Assembly (NCBI GenBank): GCA_031409335.1
Contig: JANNWY010000096.1
Location: forward strand, 1 to 46,196
Length of the DNA: 46,196 nt
Source: Chthoniobacteraceae bacterium
GTDB taxonomy: Bacteria > Verrucomicrobiota > Verrucomicrobiia > Chthoniobacterales > Chthoniobacteraceae
Direction: 5' to 3'
In this document: one piece after another, positions 29,377-39,580 of the stretch
How the letters are laid out: the number at the start of each line of letters is the position of its first letter
Position numbering within the stretch: position 1 is the stretch's first letter
The notes under the pieces: generated by a model
Seen by the model: the letters and a program-made list of their open reading frames with translations, nothing else
Database searches by the model: none
Told to the model about the DNA's origin: nothing
Made by a program: the position numbers and the translations under genes

Positions 29377-32016
29377 ATGAAAACGCTCTGCATCGCTGTC
29401 ATGCTCGCCAGCACCGCCTCAGTCTCCGCGATCGACGAGGCCACGAAACCTGTTCCTGACAGCATCTCGGCGGAGCAGCGCGATTTTTTTGAAAAGAAAA
29501 TCCGGCCTGTGCTGGCGGACAACTGTTACAAGTGCCACGCGGCGGATTCGGAAAAGATCAAGGGCGGGCTGACGCTGGATACGCGCGAGGGCATCCGGCG
29601 CGGCGGGGACAATGGGCCTGCGGTGGAGCCGGGGAATTTGAAGGAGAGTCTGCTGATCGAGGCGCTGCGGTACGAGAACAAGGATTTCGCGATGCCGCCG
29701 AAAAAAGAGGGCGGCAAACTGCCGGATGCGGTGATCGCGGATTTTGAAAAGTGGGTGCAAATGGGCGCGCCCGATCCGCGCGATGGCGTGGCGAAAGTGG
29801 TGAAGAAATACGATGGCGAGGAAGCGCGGAAGTGGTGGTCGTTTCAGCCAGTGAAGAAACCGACCGCCCCGGCGATCAAGGATGAGGGCTGGGCGCGCGG
29901 TGATCTGGACAAGTTTGTGCGCGCGGGGCTGGAAGCGAAAGCGCTGACGCCCGTCGCGGATGCGGACAAGCTGACGCTGCTGCGGCGTGTGCATTTCGAC
30001 CTCGTCGGGCTGCCGCCGACGCCGGAGGAGATCAACGCTTTTGTGAAGGATACGTTGCCGGATGCGTTCGCGAAAGTGGTCGATCGGCTGCTGGCTTCGC
30101 CGCAATTTGGCGAACGCTGGGGCCGGCACTGGCTGGACGTGGCGCGGTTTGCGGAATCGAGCGGGAAGGATGTGAACATCGCGTTTCCGCACGCGTGGCG
30201 GTATCGCGATTACGTGATCTCGGCGTTCAATTCCGACAAGCCGTACGACGAGTTTTTGCGCGAACAAATCGCGGGCGATTTGCTGCCTTCCAAGGATCAG
30301 ATGGAGCAGGCGGAGCATCTGGTGGCGACGGGTTTTCTCGCGATCGGGACGAAGGGGCTTAACGAGCGGAATCCGCGGCAGTTTGCGATGGATGTGGCGG
30401 ATGAGCAGATCGACACGGTGTCGCAAGCGGTGATGGGGCTCACGGTGTCGTGCGCGCGGTGTCACGATCACAAATTCGACCCGATTCCGCAGCGCGATTA
30501 TTATGCGCTGGCGGGGATTTTCCTCAGCACCGAGACGCGATACGGGACCGCGCAGGGAATCCAAAACCGGCACGGCGCGGAATTGATCGAACTGCCGACA
30601 AGCGCAGGCGTGCAGACTTTGAGCAAGAAGCTGTCGGGCGACGAACGCGCACGGAAGGAAAAGCAGCTCGCGGATTTGAAAAAGGAGCAGGAGGAATTTC
30701 GCGCCGGGCGCGTGGCGGAGCGTTTCGGTGCGCGGGATGGAAAACCGGCCGCACCCGCGCCGCCGCAGCAGCGGATGCTGGTGGTGCTGACGCAAATCGG
30801 CGCGCTGGAGGCAGAGCTGAATTCCTTTGATTCGCGCGGTGAATCGAAGGCGCTCGCGATGGGCGTGCAGGATCGGGCGAGTGAGGCGCGGGGATTTGGC
30901 GGGAGGTCTCGCGACCGGATGCGCCAGGGGCCGTTTGCGATGCGGACGGGGTTTTCTTCGATCACGGACAGCCCGCTGCTGGCGCGCGGCGACGTGGACA
31001 AGCCGGGCGAAAAAGTTCCGCGCGGCGTTCCGGCGTTGTTGAATTTTGGCGAAGCGCCGGCGATCCCGTCAAAGAGCAGCGGGCGCAAGGAACTCGCGGA
31101 ATGGCTCACGTCGCCGGAAAATCCAATGACCGCGCGGGTGATGGCGAATCGTGTCTGGCACTGGCTTTTCGGGCAGGGGATCGTCGAGAGCGTGGATAAT
31201 TTTGGGACGACCGGCGCGAAACCGACGAACCCGGAACTGCTCGATTTTCTCGCGACGCGGCTCGTGGAAAACGGGTGGTCTTTGAAAAAAACGATCCGCG
31301 AAATCGTGCTCAGCCGCACGTATCAGCTCGCGTCCACTTTCGATGAAAAGAATTTCGCCGCCGATCCCGAGAACGCGCTGAACTGGCGGATGAGCAAACG
31401 CCGGCTCGACGCGGAGTGCATCCGCGACGCGATGTTGTCCGCCGCGGGCACGCTCGATCTTTACGCGCCCGTGGCCTCGCTCATCGCGCGCTCCGGCGAT
31501 GGGCCGATCGGCGGAGCGCGCCTGCGCGGGATGAGCGAGGAGTCGATCGTGAATGCGGGCGGAAACTTCCGCAGCGTCTACCTGCCGGTGCCGCGCAATG
31601 TGCTGCCCGATGCGCTGGATGCGTTCGATTTCGCCGAGAACTCGCTCGTCGCGGGCAAGCGCGAGACGACGAATGTGCCGTCGCAGGCGCTCTATCTTCT
31701 CAACAGCCCGACCGTGACCGCGCAGGCGCAAAAGCTCGCGGAGCGCGTGCTCGCGGCGTATCCGGCCGGACCGAATGGCGGCGTCGCCGCGAACCTCGAT
31801 CAGCGCGTCGCGCAAGCGTACTGGCTGACGCTTTCTCGCGCGCCGGATGCGGCGGAGCGGCAGGCGGCAGCAGTGTTTTTCAGCAAATTCCCGTCGAACT
31901 GGAGCAAGGGCGACACGAGCGCGCCGGGGCTCCGCGACGCGGACGATGTGAAGGCCGCGTGGACCAGCTTTTGCCGCGCGCTTTTTGCCAGCGCGGAGTT
32001 TCGTTACCTGAACTGA
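29377..32016 (+). CDS. Planctomycete cytochrome c / DUF1549 / DUF1553 (PSD1) protein
   Basis: FFEKKIRPVL..CYKCH, WWSFQP, LLRRVHFDLVGLPPT, GERWGRHWLDVAR, CARCHDHKFDP, ARVMANRVW, RRLDAE. Confidence 0.95.
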   Translation: MKTLCIAVMLASTASVSAIDEATKPVPDSISAEQRDFFEKKIRPVLADNCYKCHAADSEKIKGGLTLDTREGIRRGGDNGPAVEPGNLKESLLIEALRYENKDFAMPPKKEGGKLPDAVIADFEKWVQMGAPDPRDGVAKVVKKYDGEEARKWWSFQPVKKPTAPAIKDEGWARGDLDKFVRAGLEAKALTPVADADKLTLLRRVHFDLVGLPPTPEEINAFVKDTLPDAFAKVVDRLLASPQFGERWGRHWLDVARFAESSGKDVNIAFPHAWRYRDYVISAFNSDKPYDEFLREQIAGDLLPSKDQMEQAEHLVATGFLAIGTKGLNERNPRQFAMDVADEQIDTVSQAVMGLTVSCARCHDHKFDPIPQRDYYALAGIFLSTETRYGTAQGIQNRHGAELIELPTSAGVQTLSKKLSGDERARKEKQLADLKKEQEEFRAGRVAERFGARDGKPAAPAPPQQRMLVVLTQIGALEAELNSFDSRGESKALAMGVQDRASEARGFGGRSRDRMRQGPFAMRTGFSSITDSPLLARGDVDKPGEKVPRGVPALLNFGEAPAIPSKSSGRKELAEWLTSPENPMTARVMANRVWHWLFGQGIVESVDNFGTTGAKPTNPELLDFLATRLVENGWSLKKTIREIVLSRTYQLASTFDEKNFAADPENALNWRMSKRRLDAECIRDAMLSAAGTLDLYAPVASLIARSGDGPIGGARLRGMSEESIVNAGGNFRSVYLPVPRNVLPDALDAFDFAENSLVAGKRETTNVPSQALYLLNSPTVTAQAQKLAERVLAAYPAGPNGGVAANLDQRVAQAYWLTLSRAPDAAERQAAAVFFSKFPSNWSKGDTSAPGLRDADDVKAAWTSFCRALFASAEFRYLN

Positions 32017-32025
32017 TCTGACTTT

Positions 32026-33417
32026 ATGAACACTGACAATTCCTGCGGTGACATCACGCCGCTGTTCACGCGGCGCGATATTCTGAAAACGTTTTCGTGC
32101 GGCTTCGGCTGGCTCGCGTTCGCGGGGCTGGCGCAGCGGCCCGCATTCGGCGCGCTGGAGCATCCGCTCGCGCCGAAGATCACCCATTTCGCGCCACGGG
32201 CGAAGCGTGTGATTTTCCTGACGATGCGTGGCGCGCCGTCGCATGTGGACACGTTCGACTACAAGCCGCAGCTCAACGCGGACGATGGAAAACCGGGTAA
32301 GCGGCCCGGCACGAAGCTGCTCGGATCGAAGTGGAAATTCACGCAGAGCGGGAAAAGCGGCCTCTATATTTCGGAGCTGTTTCCGAATGTCGCGAAACAC
32401 GCGGACGAGATGTGTCTGGTGCGCTCGATGCAGACGGATTTGCCGAGCCATCCGCAGGCATTTTTGAAACTGCACACGGGCAACTCCCAATTCGTCCGCC
32501 CCTCGCTCGGCGCGTGGGCGCTTTACGGGCTCGGCACTTCAAACGAAAACCTGCCGGGCTTCATCACGCTCACGCCGCCGGGCGGATTTGGCGGGGCGCA
32601 AAACTATGGGAGCGCGTTTTTGCCGGCGATCTATCAGGCGACGAAAATCGGCTCCGACAATCGCCCGATCGCGAATGCGGAGGTGCGCAATCTCGAATCG
32701 AAACTCGCGCCGAACGCGCAGCGGAACGAACTCGAACTCATCCAGGCGCTGAACCGCCAAAAGCTCGCGCGGGATCGCGTGAATCCGGAGGTCGAAGGCG
32801 TGATCGAGAGCTACGAGCTGGCTTTCAAAATGCAGAGCCAGGTGCCGAACGTGATGGATTTTTCCAAGGAATCGGCCGCCACGAAAAAGCTCTACGGCAT
32901 CGGCGATACGGCGACGGATGACTTCGGGCGGAAGTGTTTGCTCGCGCGGCGCTTCGTGGAATCCGGCGTGCGTTTCGTGGAGATTTCGCATGGCAACTGG
33001 GATCAGCATTTCAACCTCGCGACCGCGCTCGGAAACAACGCGCGCTCGGTCGATCTCCCGATCGCGGGCCTGCTCACCGATCTGCGTTCGCGCGGAATGC
33101 TGAAAGACACGCTCGTCGTGTGGGCGGGCGAATTTGGCCGGACGCCGCACGCGCAGGGCGGCGACGGGCGCGATCACAATAACAAAGCATTCACGATCTG
33201 GATGGCGGGCGGCGGCGCAAAAGGCGGACTGTCTTACGGCCAGACGGACGAATACGGCTACGAGGCGGTGGAGAACAAAGTGCAGATTCACGATCTGCAC
33301 GCGACGATCCTCGCCATGCTCGGCCTCGATCACGAGAAGCTGACGTTCCGCTACGCAGGCCGCGATTTCCGGCTCACGGATGTGGCGGGAAATGTGGTGA
33401 AAGAAATCCTGGCGTGA
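32026..33417 (+). CDS. DUF1501 family protein (Tat-exported, sulfatase-like)
   Basis: TRRDIL Tat motif, AKRVIFL, PSHVDTFDYKP, CLLARR, WDQH, GEFGRTP, GRDH, HDLHAT. Confidence 0.95.
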   Translation: MNTDNSCGDITPLFTRRDILKTFSCGFGWLAFAGLAQRPAFGALEHPLAPKITHFAPRAKRVIFLTMRGAPSHVDTFDYKPQLNADDGKPGKRPGTKLLGSKWKFTQSGKSGLYISELFPNVAKHADEMCLVRSMQTDLPSHPQAFLKLHTGNSQFVRPSLGAWALYGLGTSNENLPGFITLTPPGGFGGAQNYGSAFLPAIYQATKIGSDNRPIANAEVRNLESKLAPNAQRNELELIQALNRQKLARDRVNPEVEGVIESYELAFKMQSQVPNVMDFSKESAATKKLYGIGDTATDDFGRKCLLARRFVESGVRFVEISHGNWDQHFNLATALGNNARSVDLPIAGLLTDLRSRGMLKDTLVVWAGEFGRTPHAQGGDGRDHNNKAFTIWMAGGGAKGGLSYGQTDEYGYEAVENKVQIHDLHATILAMLGLDHEKLTFRYAGRDFRLTDVAGNVVKEILA

Positions 33418-33445
33418 GGCTGGCCGCGGAGGCGCGGCGCGGCGC

Positions 33446-33964
33446 TCACACCCGCGGCTTTACGTAAACTCCGATCAACGGCCGTTTCGAGGGACGCGGC
33501 GTCGCAAAATCGCTGACGAAACCGGTGGCCGTGCGGATTTCGACATGACCCGCGCCGCGTCCGCCGTAAACGAGGACGGAGCCGAGCGGCGCTTTGAAGG
33601 GGTCGGACACGGCGAGTTTCTTAAAACCGTAGCTATTGGTGAGTTCTGCGGCGGCTTGCTTTGCGTAGGCGGTTTTCGGGTAGGAATCGATCGTCTTGGC
33701 GGCCAGCAGCGCTTTCTTCACGTATCGCCAGCAGGAGCTTTGGGAATGCGCGTGGGCGCGATCCGCGGCGATGCGCGCGGCGTTGAGCATCGTCTTGTCG
33801 TAGCGAAATTTTCCCGCTTTTGGACCGAATGCGCGCACTTCTGTCGAGTCGAGTTCGCGGGCGTCTTCGCTATTGAAAAGCGAATCGCGGGCGGGCGAGA
33901 CGGACGGCAGGAACAGGCACAGGAGGCTGAAAATGAACAGGATGCGAAAGGATTTCGAAGGCAT
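33446..33964 (-). CDS. Exported protein, possible CHAP/NlpC-P60-like cysteine amidase
   Basis: Signal peptide; CWRYVKKAL and GSVLVY...GHVEI Cys/His pair. Confidence 0.65.
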   Translation of the reverse strand: MPSKSFRILFIFSLLCLFLPSVSPARDSLFNSEDARELDSTEVRAFGPKAGKFRYDKTMLNAARIAADRAHAHSQSSCWRYVKKALLAAKTIDSYPKTAYAKQAAAELTNSYGFKKLAVSDPFKAPLGSVLVYGGRGAGHVEIRTATGFVSDFATPRPSKRPLIGVYVKPRV

Positions 33965-34101
33965 GATTGAGACGTAAGGGCGCGGACGGTAGCGGACGCA
34001 CCGGGATGGTCAAACGGAAATCTTTCGTGGGCATCGCTCGTAGGTGCAGAAACCACGCCACTGTCGGACGGAAACCCATTCCCGTGCTTGATTCCCCGGC
34101 T

Positions 34102-36828
34102 ATGATGCCGCGCGTGACGCTCGAAACCGCCCTTTCCGAAATCGACTGGCTGCCGCCCCAGCGCGTGCGCCAGCTCGACCGATTTGGGCTGCGGACCGTC
34201 GGCGATTTGCTCACGCATTTTCCGAAAAGGCACGAGGATCGCACGCGGTTCGATCGCTTCCCGGACGGTGAAACGCCTGATCCGGTTTGCATTTGCGGGC
34301 TGGTGAAGAAGACGACGGTGAAGCGAATCCGCGGCTCCCAAAAGATGTTCGATGTGCTGCTGGAGGATGAAAATGCGCACGCGCTCAGCGCGCCGCTGGT
34401 GTGCCGGTGGTTCAACGCGCACTGGGTCGAGAAGGCGATCGTGAACGGCCAGCGCGTGGTCGTTTATGGCAAGCCAAAGCGCACCGGGTCGAACGTGGTG
34501 ATCGCGCATCCGGAGTTCGAGGTGGTCGAGGAAGGCGCGGAGGAAAGCGTGCATCTGAACCGACTCGCGCCGATCCACCGCGCGACCGAGGGGCTCTCGA
34601 CGCGCGTGTTGCGGCAGATCGTCTGGGATGTGCTGGAGCGGGTGCTCGACGATGACGTTGCCGATCTTCTGCCCGTGTCGCTCGACCCGAAGCCGCGCGT
34701 CTGGGCGCTGCGGCAGATTCATTTTCCCGCGAATGCCGAATCGCTGGCGAAAGCGCGACGGCATCTGGTGCTCACGGAGTTTTTCACGATGCAGATGTGC
34801 ATCTCGGCGAAGCGCGCCGAGCAGGCGGCGCAGCCCGGCGAAGTGCATTCCGGCAGCGGCGAGCTGATGCGACGCTTGCACGAAGCGCTGCCCTTCCCGC
34901 TCACCGGTGCGCAACAGCGCGTGATCGGTGAGATCGCTGCCGACCTCGCATCCCCGCGCGCGATGAACCGCCTGCTGCACGGCGACGTCGGCTCCGGCAA
35001 AACGCTGGTTGCGCTGAGTGCGATGCTGCTTTGCATCGAGTCCGGCCACCCCGCCGCGCTGATGGCCCCGACGCAGATTCTCGCCGAGCAGCACTATCTG
35101 AATTTCCGGCGGCTGCTGGAGCCGCTCGGCGTGCGCGTTGCCCTACGCACTGCGGCGCGGCGGGAGGAAAGCGGGACGCTGCCGCTATTTGCCGGCGCGA
35201 CCGGCGATCCGGGTAGCACGCTCGTCCCGAGCGTTGGCGAAGGCGTCCCGCCTTCGCGAACTTTGGAAACCACAGAATCTCAGGACGTTTCCCGTTACTC
35301 GAAACGCCTCCTCCCCATTTTCGAGAAACCTTGGGCGATCTACGCCGTCACCCTTTCCACCAAAAATCGCCGCACCCTCGCCGCCAAATCGCGCACCGCG
35401 ATCCTCGATGCACTCCGTCATTTCCACCGCGAACGATACGAACTTTTCGTCGCGTGCGTGATGCCGGATCACGTCCATTTCCTTTTCCAGCCGTGGGTCA
35501 AAGAAGCTGGCGAAAATGGCGAATCGGTCTTCTGGCCGCTCGTGGAAATTTTCCATTCGCTGAAGTCGTTCACCGCGCACGAAATCAACCGTCTCGAAAA
35601 AACGTCGGGGTCGGTTTGGGAGAATGAATCGTTTAACCGTTATGTGCGTTCGGACACGGATCTCGCGGAGAAATTTCACTACATCTGCCGCAACCCTTGG
35701 GACGCGGGGATCGTTTCCGCGACGGAGGACTATCCGTGGGTTTGGACGCCGGGTGACGAGGCGATCGGTGCGGGAAGTTCGTCTCCGCGGGACGCGAAGA
35801 CCAACGCGCGGGACGCGCGCGCTCCCCGGAGTTCCCCGTCCACATTTTCACCGGATTCGCCGCAAATCTTCATCGGCACCCACGCCCTCCTCTACGACGG
35901 CGCGGGCGTCGAAAATCTCGGCCTCGCCATCATCGATGAGCAGCACAAATTCGGCGTCATGCAGCGTGCGCGGCTGCGCGAAAAAGGGGCTGCGCCCGAT
36001 GTCCTCGTGATGACCGCCACGCCGATCCCGCGCACTTTGACGATGACGCTCTACGGCGATCTCGATGTCTCCACGCTGGATGAAATGCCGCGCAATCGTG
36101 GCAAAATCATCACCGCCGCGCGGGACCCGGCGAAGCTGCCAGACGCGGTGAAATTTCTCCGCGAGCAGCTCGACGCCGGGCGGCAGGGATATATCGTTTA
36201 TCCGCTCATCGACGAGTCGTTGAAACTGGAGGCAAAGGCGGCGGCGACCGAGTTTGCGAAATGGACGGAGCTGCTCGCGCCGCTGAAATGCGAGCTGCTG
36301 CACGGGCGCATTGCAGCGGATGAAAAGGAGGCGATCATGGAGCGCTTCCGGCGCGGCGAAACGAAGGCGCTCATCGCCACGACAGTGATCGAAGTCGGCA
36401 TCGACGTGCCGAACGCGAACATCATGCTCATCGAAAATGCCGAGCGATTCGGGCTCGCGCAGTTGCATCAATTGCGCGGGCGCATCGGGCGCGGCGAGCA
36501 CAAGAGTTACTGCGTGCTGCTCAGTTCCGCGGACGATCCCGATGCTTTGGAAAAGCTGCGCATTTTAGAGAAAACGTCGGACGGCTTCGAGATCGCCGAA
36601 GCCGATCTGCGCTTGCGCGGCCCCGGCGACATGCTCGGCACGGCGCAGAGCGGATTGGCGCCGCTCAAAATCGGCAATCTCCTCACCGACCAGGAACTGA
36701 TGACGCTCGCCCGCAACGCTGCCTTCCTCATCTTCGACCGCGACCCGAAGCTCGAAATGCCGGACCACTCCCGCTACCGCCCACTCATCGCCGAAACGAC
36801 CCACGCCGCCCACCTTTCGCAGTCGTGA
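34102..36828 (+). CDS. recG: ATP-dependent DNA helicase RecG carrying an in-frame insertion of about 200 aa with a Y1 transposase domain
   Basis: LPFPLTGAQ, MNRLLHGDVGSGKT, MAPTQILAEQH, IGTHAL, DEQH, MTATPIPRTL, FGLAQLHQLRGRIGRG, DGFEIAEADL..RGPG; start could be the GTG at 34114. Confidence 0.96.
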   Translation: MMPRVTLETALSEIDWLPPQRVRQLDRFGLRTVGDLLTHFPKRHEDRTRFDRFPDGETPDPVCICGLVKKTTVKRIRGSQKMFDVLLEDENAHALSAPLVCRWFNAHWVEKAIVNGQRVVVYGKPKRTGSNVVIAHPEFEVVEEGAEESVHLNRLAPIHRATEGLSTRVLRQIVWDVLERVLDDDVADLLPVSLDPKPRVWALRQIHFPANAESLAKARRHLVLTEFFTMQMCISAKRAEQAAQPGEVHSGSGELMRRLHEALPFPLTGAQQRVIGEIAADLASPRAMNRLLHGDVGSGKTLVALSAMLLCIESGHPAALMAPTQILAEQHYLNFRRLLEPLGVRVALRTAARREESGTLPLFAGATGDPGSTLVPSVGEGVPPSRTLETTESQDVSRYSKRLLPIFEKPWAIYAVTLSTKNRRTLAAKSRTAILDALRHFHRERYELFVACVMPDHVHFLFQPWVKEAGENGESVFWPLVEIFHSLKSFTAHEINRLEKTSGSVWENESFNRYVRSDTDLAEKFHYICRNPWDAGIVSATEDYPWVWTPGDEAIGAGSSSPRDAKTNARDARAPRSSPSTFSPDSPQIFIGTHALLYDGAGVENLGLAIIDEQHKFGVMQRARLREKGAAPDVLVMTATPIPRTLTMTLYGDLDVSTLDEMPRNRGKIITAARDPAKLPDAVKFLREQLDAGRQGYIVYPLIDESLKLEAKAAATEFAKWTELLAPLKCELLHGRIAADEKEAIMERFRRGETKALIATTVIEVGIDVPNANIMLIENAERFGLAQLHQLRGRIGRGEHKSYCVLLSSADDPDALEKLRILEKTSDGFEIAEADLRLRGPGDMLGTAQSGLAPLKIGNLLTDQELMTLARNAAFLIFDRDPKLEMPDHSRYRPLIAETTHAAHLSQS
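35208..35263 (+). repeat. REP (GTAG plus two hairpins), left end
   Basis: gtag-c-acgctcg-tcc-cgagcgt-tg-gcgaaggcg-tcc-cgccttcgc-gaactt. Confidence 0.88.
35775..35830 (-). repeat. REP (GGAG plus two hairpins), right end, inverted
   Basis: Reverse complement: ggag-c-gcgcgcg-tcc-cgcgcgt-tg-gtcttcgcg-tcc-cgcggagac-gaactt. Confidence 0.88.
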
Positions 36829-36847
36829 ACACGATTTTTTCGCGCTC

Positions 36848-38542
36848 CTAATCCGCGTCCGACATCGTCACCGAAATCACTTCCTCGGGACTGGTGAGGC
36901 CGGCCAGCACTTTGCGGATGCCATCTTCGCGCAGGGTGCGCATGCCCATTTCGCGGGCGCGTTTGCGGAGTTCCACGGTGGAGGCCTTGTTGTTGACCAT
37001 GTGCCGCACTTCATCGTCGATGATGAAGATTTCGAAAATTCCCATCCGGCCTTTGTAGCCGCGATGTTTGCAGTTGTCGCAGCCGGCACCTTTCATGATG
37101 TGCGCTTCCTCGAGCTGCGAGGCGTCGATGCCGAGCGCGCTCATTTCGCCTTCGGTCATTTCGACGGGCTGCTTGCAGTTCGGGCAAATTTTTCGCACCA
37201 GCCGCTGGGCAATGATCGCGCGGACGGCGGAGGAAACGAGGAACGGCTGCACGCCGATATCGACGAGACGGGCGACGGCACCGGGGGCGTCGTTCGTGTG
37301 GAGCGTGGAGAAAACGAGATGGCCGGTGAGCGAGGCGTTGATCGCGATGTTCGCGGTGTCGGCGTCGCGAATCTCACCGATCATGATGATGTTCGGCGCC
37401 TGCCGCAAAATCGAACGGAGCGCGGCGGGAAACGTCATGCCGATTTCCGTATTCACCTGCACCTGATTGATGCCGCCCATCTGATATTCCACCGGATCTT
37501 CCACGGTGATCAGTTTTTTGTCCGGCTTGTTGATGTAATGCAGGCAGCCGTAAAGCGTCGTCGTTTTTCCCGAGCCAGTCGGGCCCGTCACGAGCAGGAT
37601 GCCGTCGGGCAGCGTAATGAGTTTTTCGATGACTTCCTGGTCGTCCGAGAGGAAGCCGAGCTGCGGCAGACCGAGCTGGAGCGCGGTCTTGTCGAGAATA
37701 CGCATGACGATGGATTCGCCGTGGCTCGTCGGCACGGTCGAGACGCGCAGGTCGATCGACTTTTTGCCCATCTTCACCTGGATGCGCCCGTCCTGCGGCA
37801 GGCGCTTTTCGGCGATCGACATGGAGCCCGTCATGATCTTGAGCCGCGAGATGATCGCGGACTGCAATTTCTTCGGCGGGTTCTGCATTTCGACGAGCAC
37901 GCCGTCGATGCGGAAGCGGACGCGGAAACGCTTTTCCAAGGGCTCCAGATGAATATCGCTCGCCCGCAGATTGTAGGCTTCGAGCAGCATCATCGTCACC
38001 ATCTTGATGATTGGCGCATCAATGGTGTCGCCCTCCGCGGTGCCCGATCCTTCACCGCCAAACGAGATGTCGCCGCCGAGCCGGCCCGCGAGTTCATCCG
38101 CCGCCTCGTCCGCGGTGCCGTAGTATTTGCGCAGCGCCGTGGTGATGGATTCGGGCGTGGCACAGACGAATTCGAGCTGGTGCGGCAGCACGTGCTGGAG
38201 GCTGTCGAAGACATCGAAATTCAGCGGATCGCTGACGGCGATCATCAGCCCCGCCTCGGACATCGCGACCGGCACGACCTTAAAGCGCTTTGCGACTTCC
38301 ATCGGCACCAGCGCGACGACTTCGTCCGAGAGGGCCATCTGGGAGATATCGACGAAGTCCATCGCCGAATGCGCCGCAAGCGCGCGCGTCACGTCTTCCT
38401 GGGTGAGGATGCCATGGCTGATCAGCGTATCGACCACGGTGTCCGAGCCGCTTCTTTCGGCCTTTGCGCGTTCGAGTTGGGATTCGGTGATCAGGCTCGA
38501 TTCGAGCAGGATTTCGTAAATGTAGTCTTCGTTCTGTGCCAC
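36848..38542 (-). CDS. Type II secretion / type IV pilus assembly ATPase (PilB/GspE family)
   Basis: ASDIHLEP, EKRLPQDGRI, GPTGSGKTTTLY, TVEDPVE, GEIRD, TGHLVFSTLHTN, CxxC...CxxC. Confidence 0.95.
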   Translation of the reverse strand: MAQNEDYIYEILLESSLITESQLERAKAERSGSDTVVDTLISHGILTQEDVTRALAAHSAMDFVDISQMALSDEVVALVPMEVAKRFKVVPVAMSEAGLMIAVSDPLNFDVFDSLQHVLPHQLEFVCATPESITTALRKYYGTADEAADELAGRLGGDISFGGEGSGTAEGDTIDAPIIKMVTMMLLEAYNLRASDIHLEPLEKRFRVRFRIDGVLVEMQNPPKKLQSAIISRLKIMTGSMSIAEKRLPQDGRIQVKMGKKSIDLRVSTVPTSHGESIVMRILDKTALQLGLPQLGFLSDDQEVIEKLITLPDGILLVTGPTGSGKTTTLYGCLHYINKPDKKLITVEDPVEYQMGGINQVQVNTEIGMTFPAALRSILRQAPNIIMIGEIRDADTANIAINASLTGHLVFSTLHTNDAPGAVARLVDIGVQPFLVSSAVRAIIAQRLVRKICPNCKQPVEMTEGEMSALGIDASQLEEAHIMKGAGCDNCKHRGYKGRMGIFEIFIIDDEVRHMVNNKASTVELRKRAREMGMRTLREDGIRKVLAGLTSPEEVISVTMSDAD

Positions 38543-38686
38543 GAGGGAGGAGATGAAATTCGGTGATTCAACGGCCCCAAACCCGCATTCGCGCGAGCCC
38601 GGCTGAGCCTTCGGGGAGTAAGTAACGGACGCCGCTCCGCGATGTCAAAGCACATCGCGCAATTTCATCCCGACGCTTTGCGCAGC

Positions 38687-39580
38687 TCATTTGCCCGGCC
38701 AGCGCGCAAGGCTTTCCTCGTGAAAATGGCGGCGTTTTTTCAGGGCGCGGGTGATGACGCCGTAGCGCGGGCTGAAGAGGTACGCGATGAAGAAGATGAC
38801 GCCGAGCACGAGCACGATGGCCGCGCCGCTCGGCAGATTTTTCAGCCAGTAGGAAAGCAGCAGGCCCGCGACCGAGCCGAACATGCCGATGAATCCGCCG
38901 CCCCAGAGCATCGCGGGAAAACTGTCGCACAGGACATACACGGTCGCCGCGGGGGCGAGGAGCAGGCCGAGTAGCAGGATGACGCCGACGGCTTGCAGCG
39001 AGGAGATCATCGTGAGCACGAGCAGGATGATGAGCAGGAGATTCAGCGCGCCGACGCCGACGCCCTGGCTGCGCGCGACGTTTGGCTCGAAAAGCGTGAG
39101 GAGAAACGGGCGCTGCAACGCGGCGAGCAGCGGCACGGTGATGAGCGCGATGGCGTAGCAAATCCACAGGTCGCTGTCCGCGAGGCCGAGGATGTTTCCG
39201 AAGAGATAGTGCATCAGCGAGACGCGCACTTTTACGAAGCTGAGCAGCACGAGGCCGATGGAAAAGGTGACGGTGTAAAGGATGCCGAGCGCGGTGTCTT
39301 CCTTCAGCCGCGAACTGCGCGCGATGAGCTGCGCGCCCAGTGCCACAAAGAGCGCGGCGACGAGTGCGCCGAGGAAAAGGCCCTGAGGCGCGAGGCCGAA
39401 AACCATGACGCCGACGACCAGCCCCGGCAGCAGTGAATGCGACAGCGAATCCGCCATGAGCGCGAGTCGCCGCAGCACGACGAACGCGCCGATGAAGCCA
39501 TTCGTGAAACCGATGAGGGCGCCGCCGACGAGCGCGCGTTGCATGAATTCCTGGTGAAACGGTTCGAGCAGCCAGTTCAT
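38687..39580 (-). CDS. Zn/Mn ABC transporter permease (ZnuB/MntB family)
   Basis: ADSLSHSLLPG, HYLFGNIL, multiple TM segments. Confidence 0.93.
   Translation of the reverse strand: MNWLLEPFHQEFMQRALVGGALIGFTNGFIGAFVVLRRLALMADSLSHSLLPGLVVGVMVFGLAPQGLFLGALVAALFVALGAQLIARSSRLKEDTALGILYTVTFSIGLVLLSFVKVRVSLMHYLFGNILGLADSDLWICYAIALITVPLLAALQRPFLLTLFEPNVARSQGVGVGALNLLLIILLVLTMISSLQAVGVILLLGLLLAPAATVYVLCDSFPAMLWGGGFIGMFGSVAGLLLSYWLKNLPSGAAIVLVLGVIFFIAYLFSPRYGVITRALKKRRHFHEESLARWPGK

Larger units (their letters stand above)
35208..35830 (+). mobile_element. REP-flanked RAYT (IS200-like HUH Y1 transposase) element inside recG
   Basis: Encodes YAVT, VMPDHVH (HUH), KSFTAHEIN, W..ESFNRYVR, YICRNP; bracketed by inverted 56-bp REPs at 35208-35263 and 35775-35830. 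Confidence 0.9.

Noticed and set aside
35208..35830. Intein or group I intron (IStron) in recG
   Set aside because: No Cys/Ser-start and His-Asn-end splicing motifs, no LAGLIDADG, no room for a group I ribozyme core and no tnpB; the insert is a Y1 domain plus REPs
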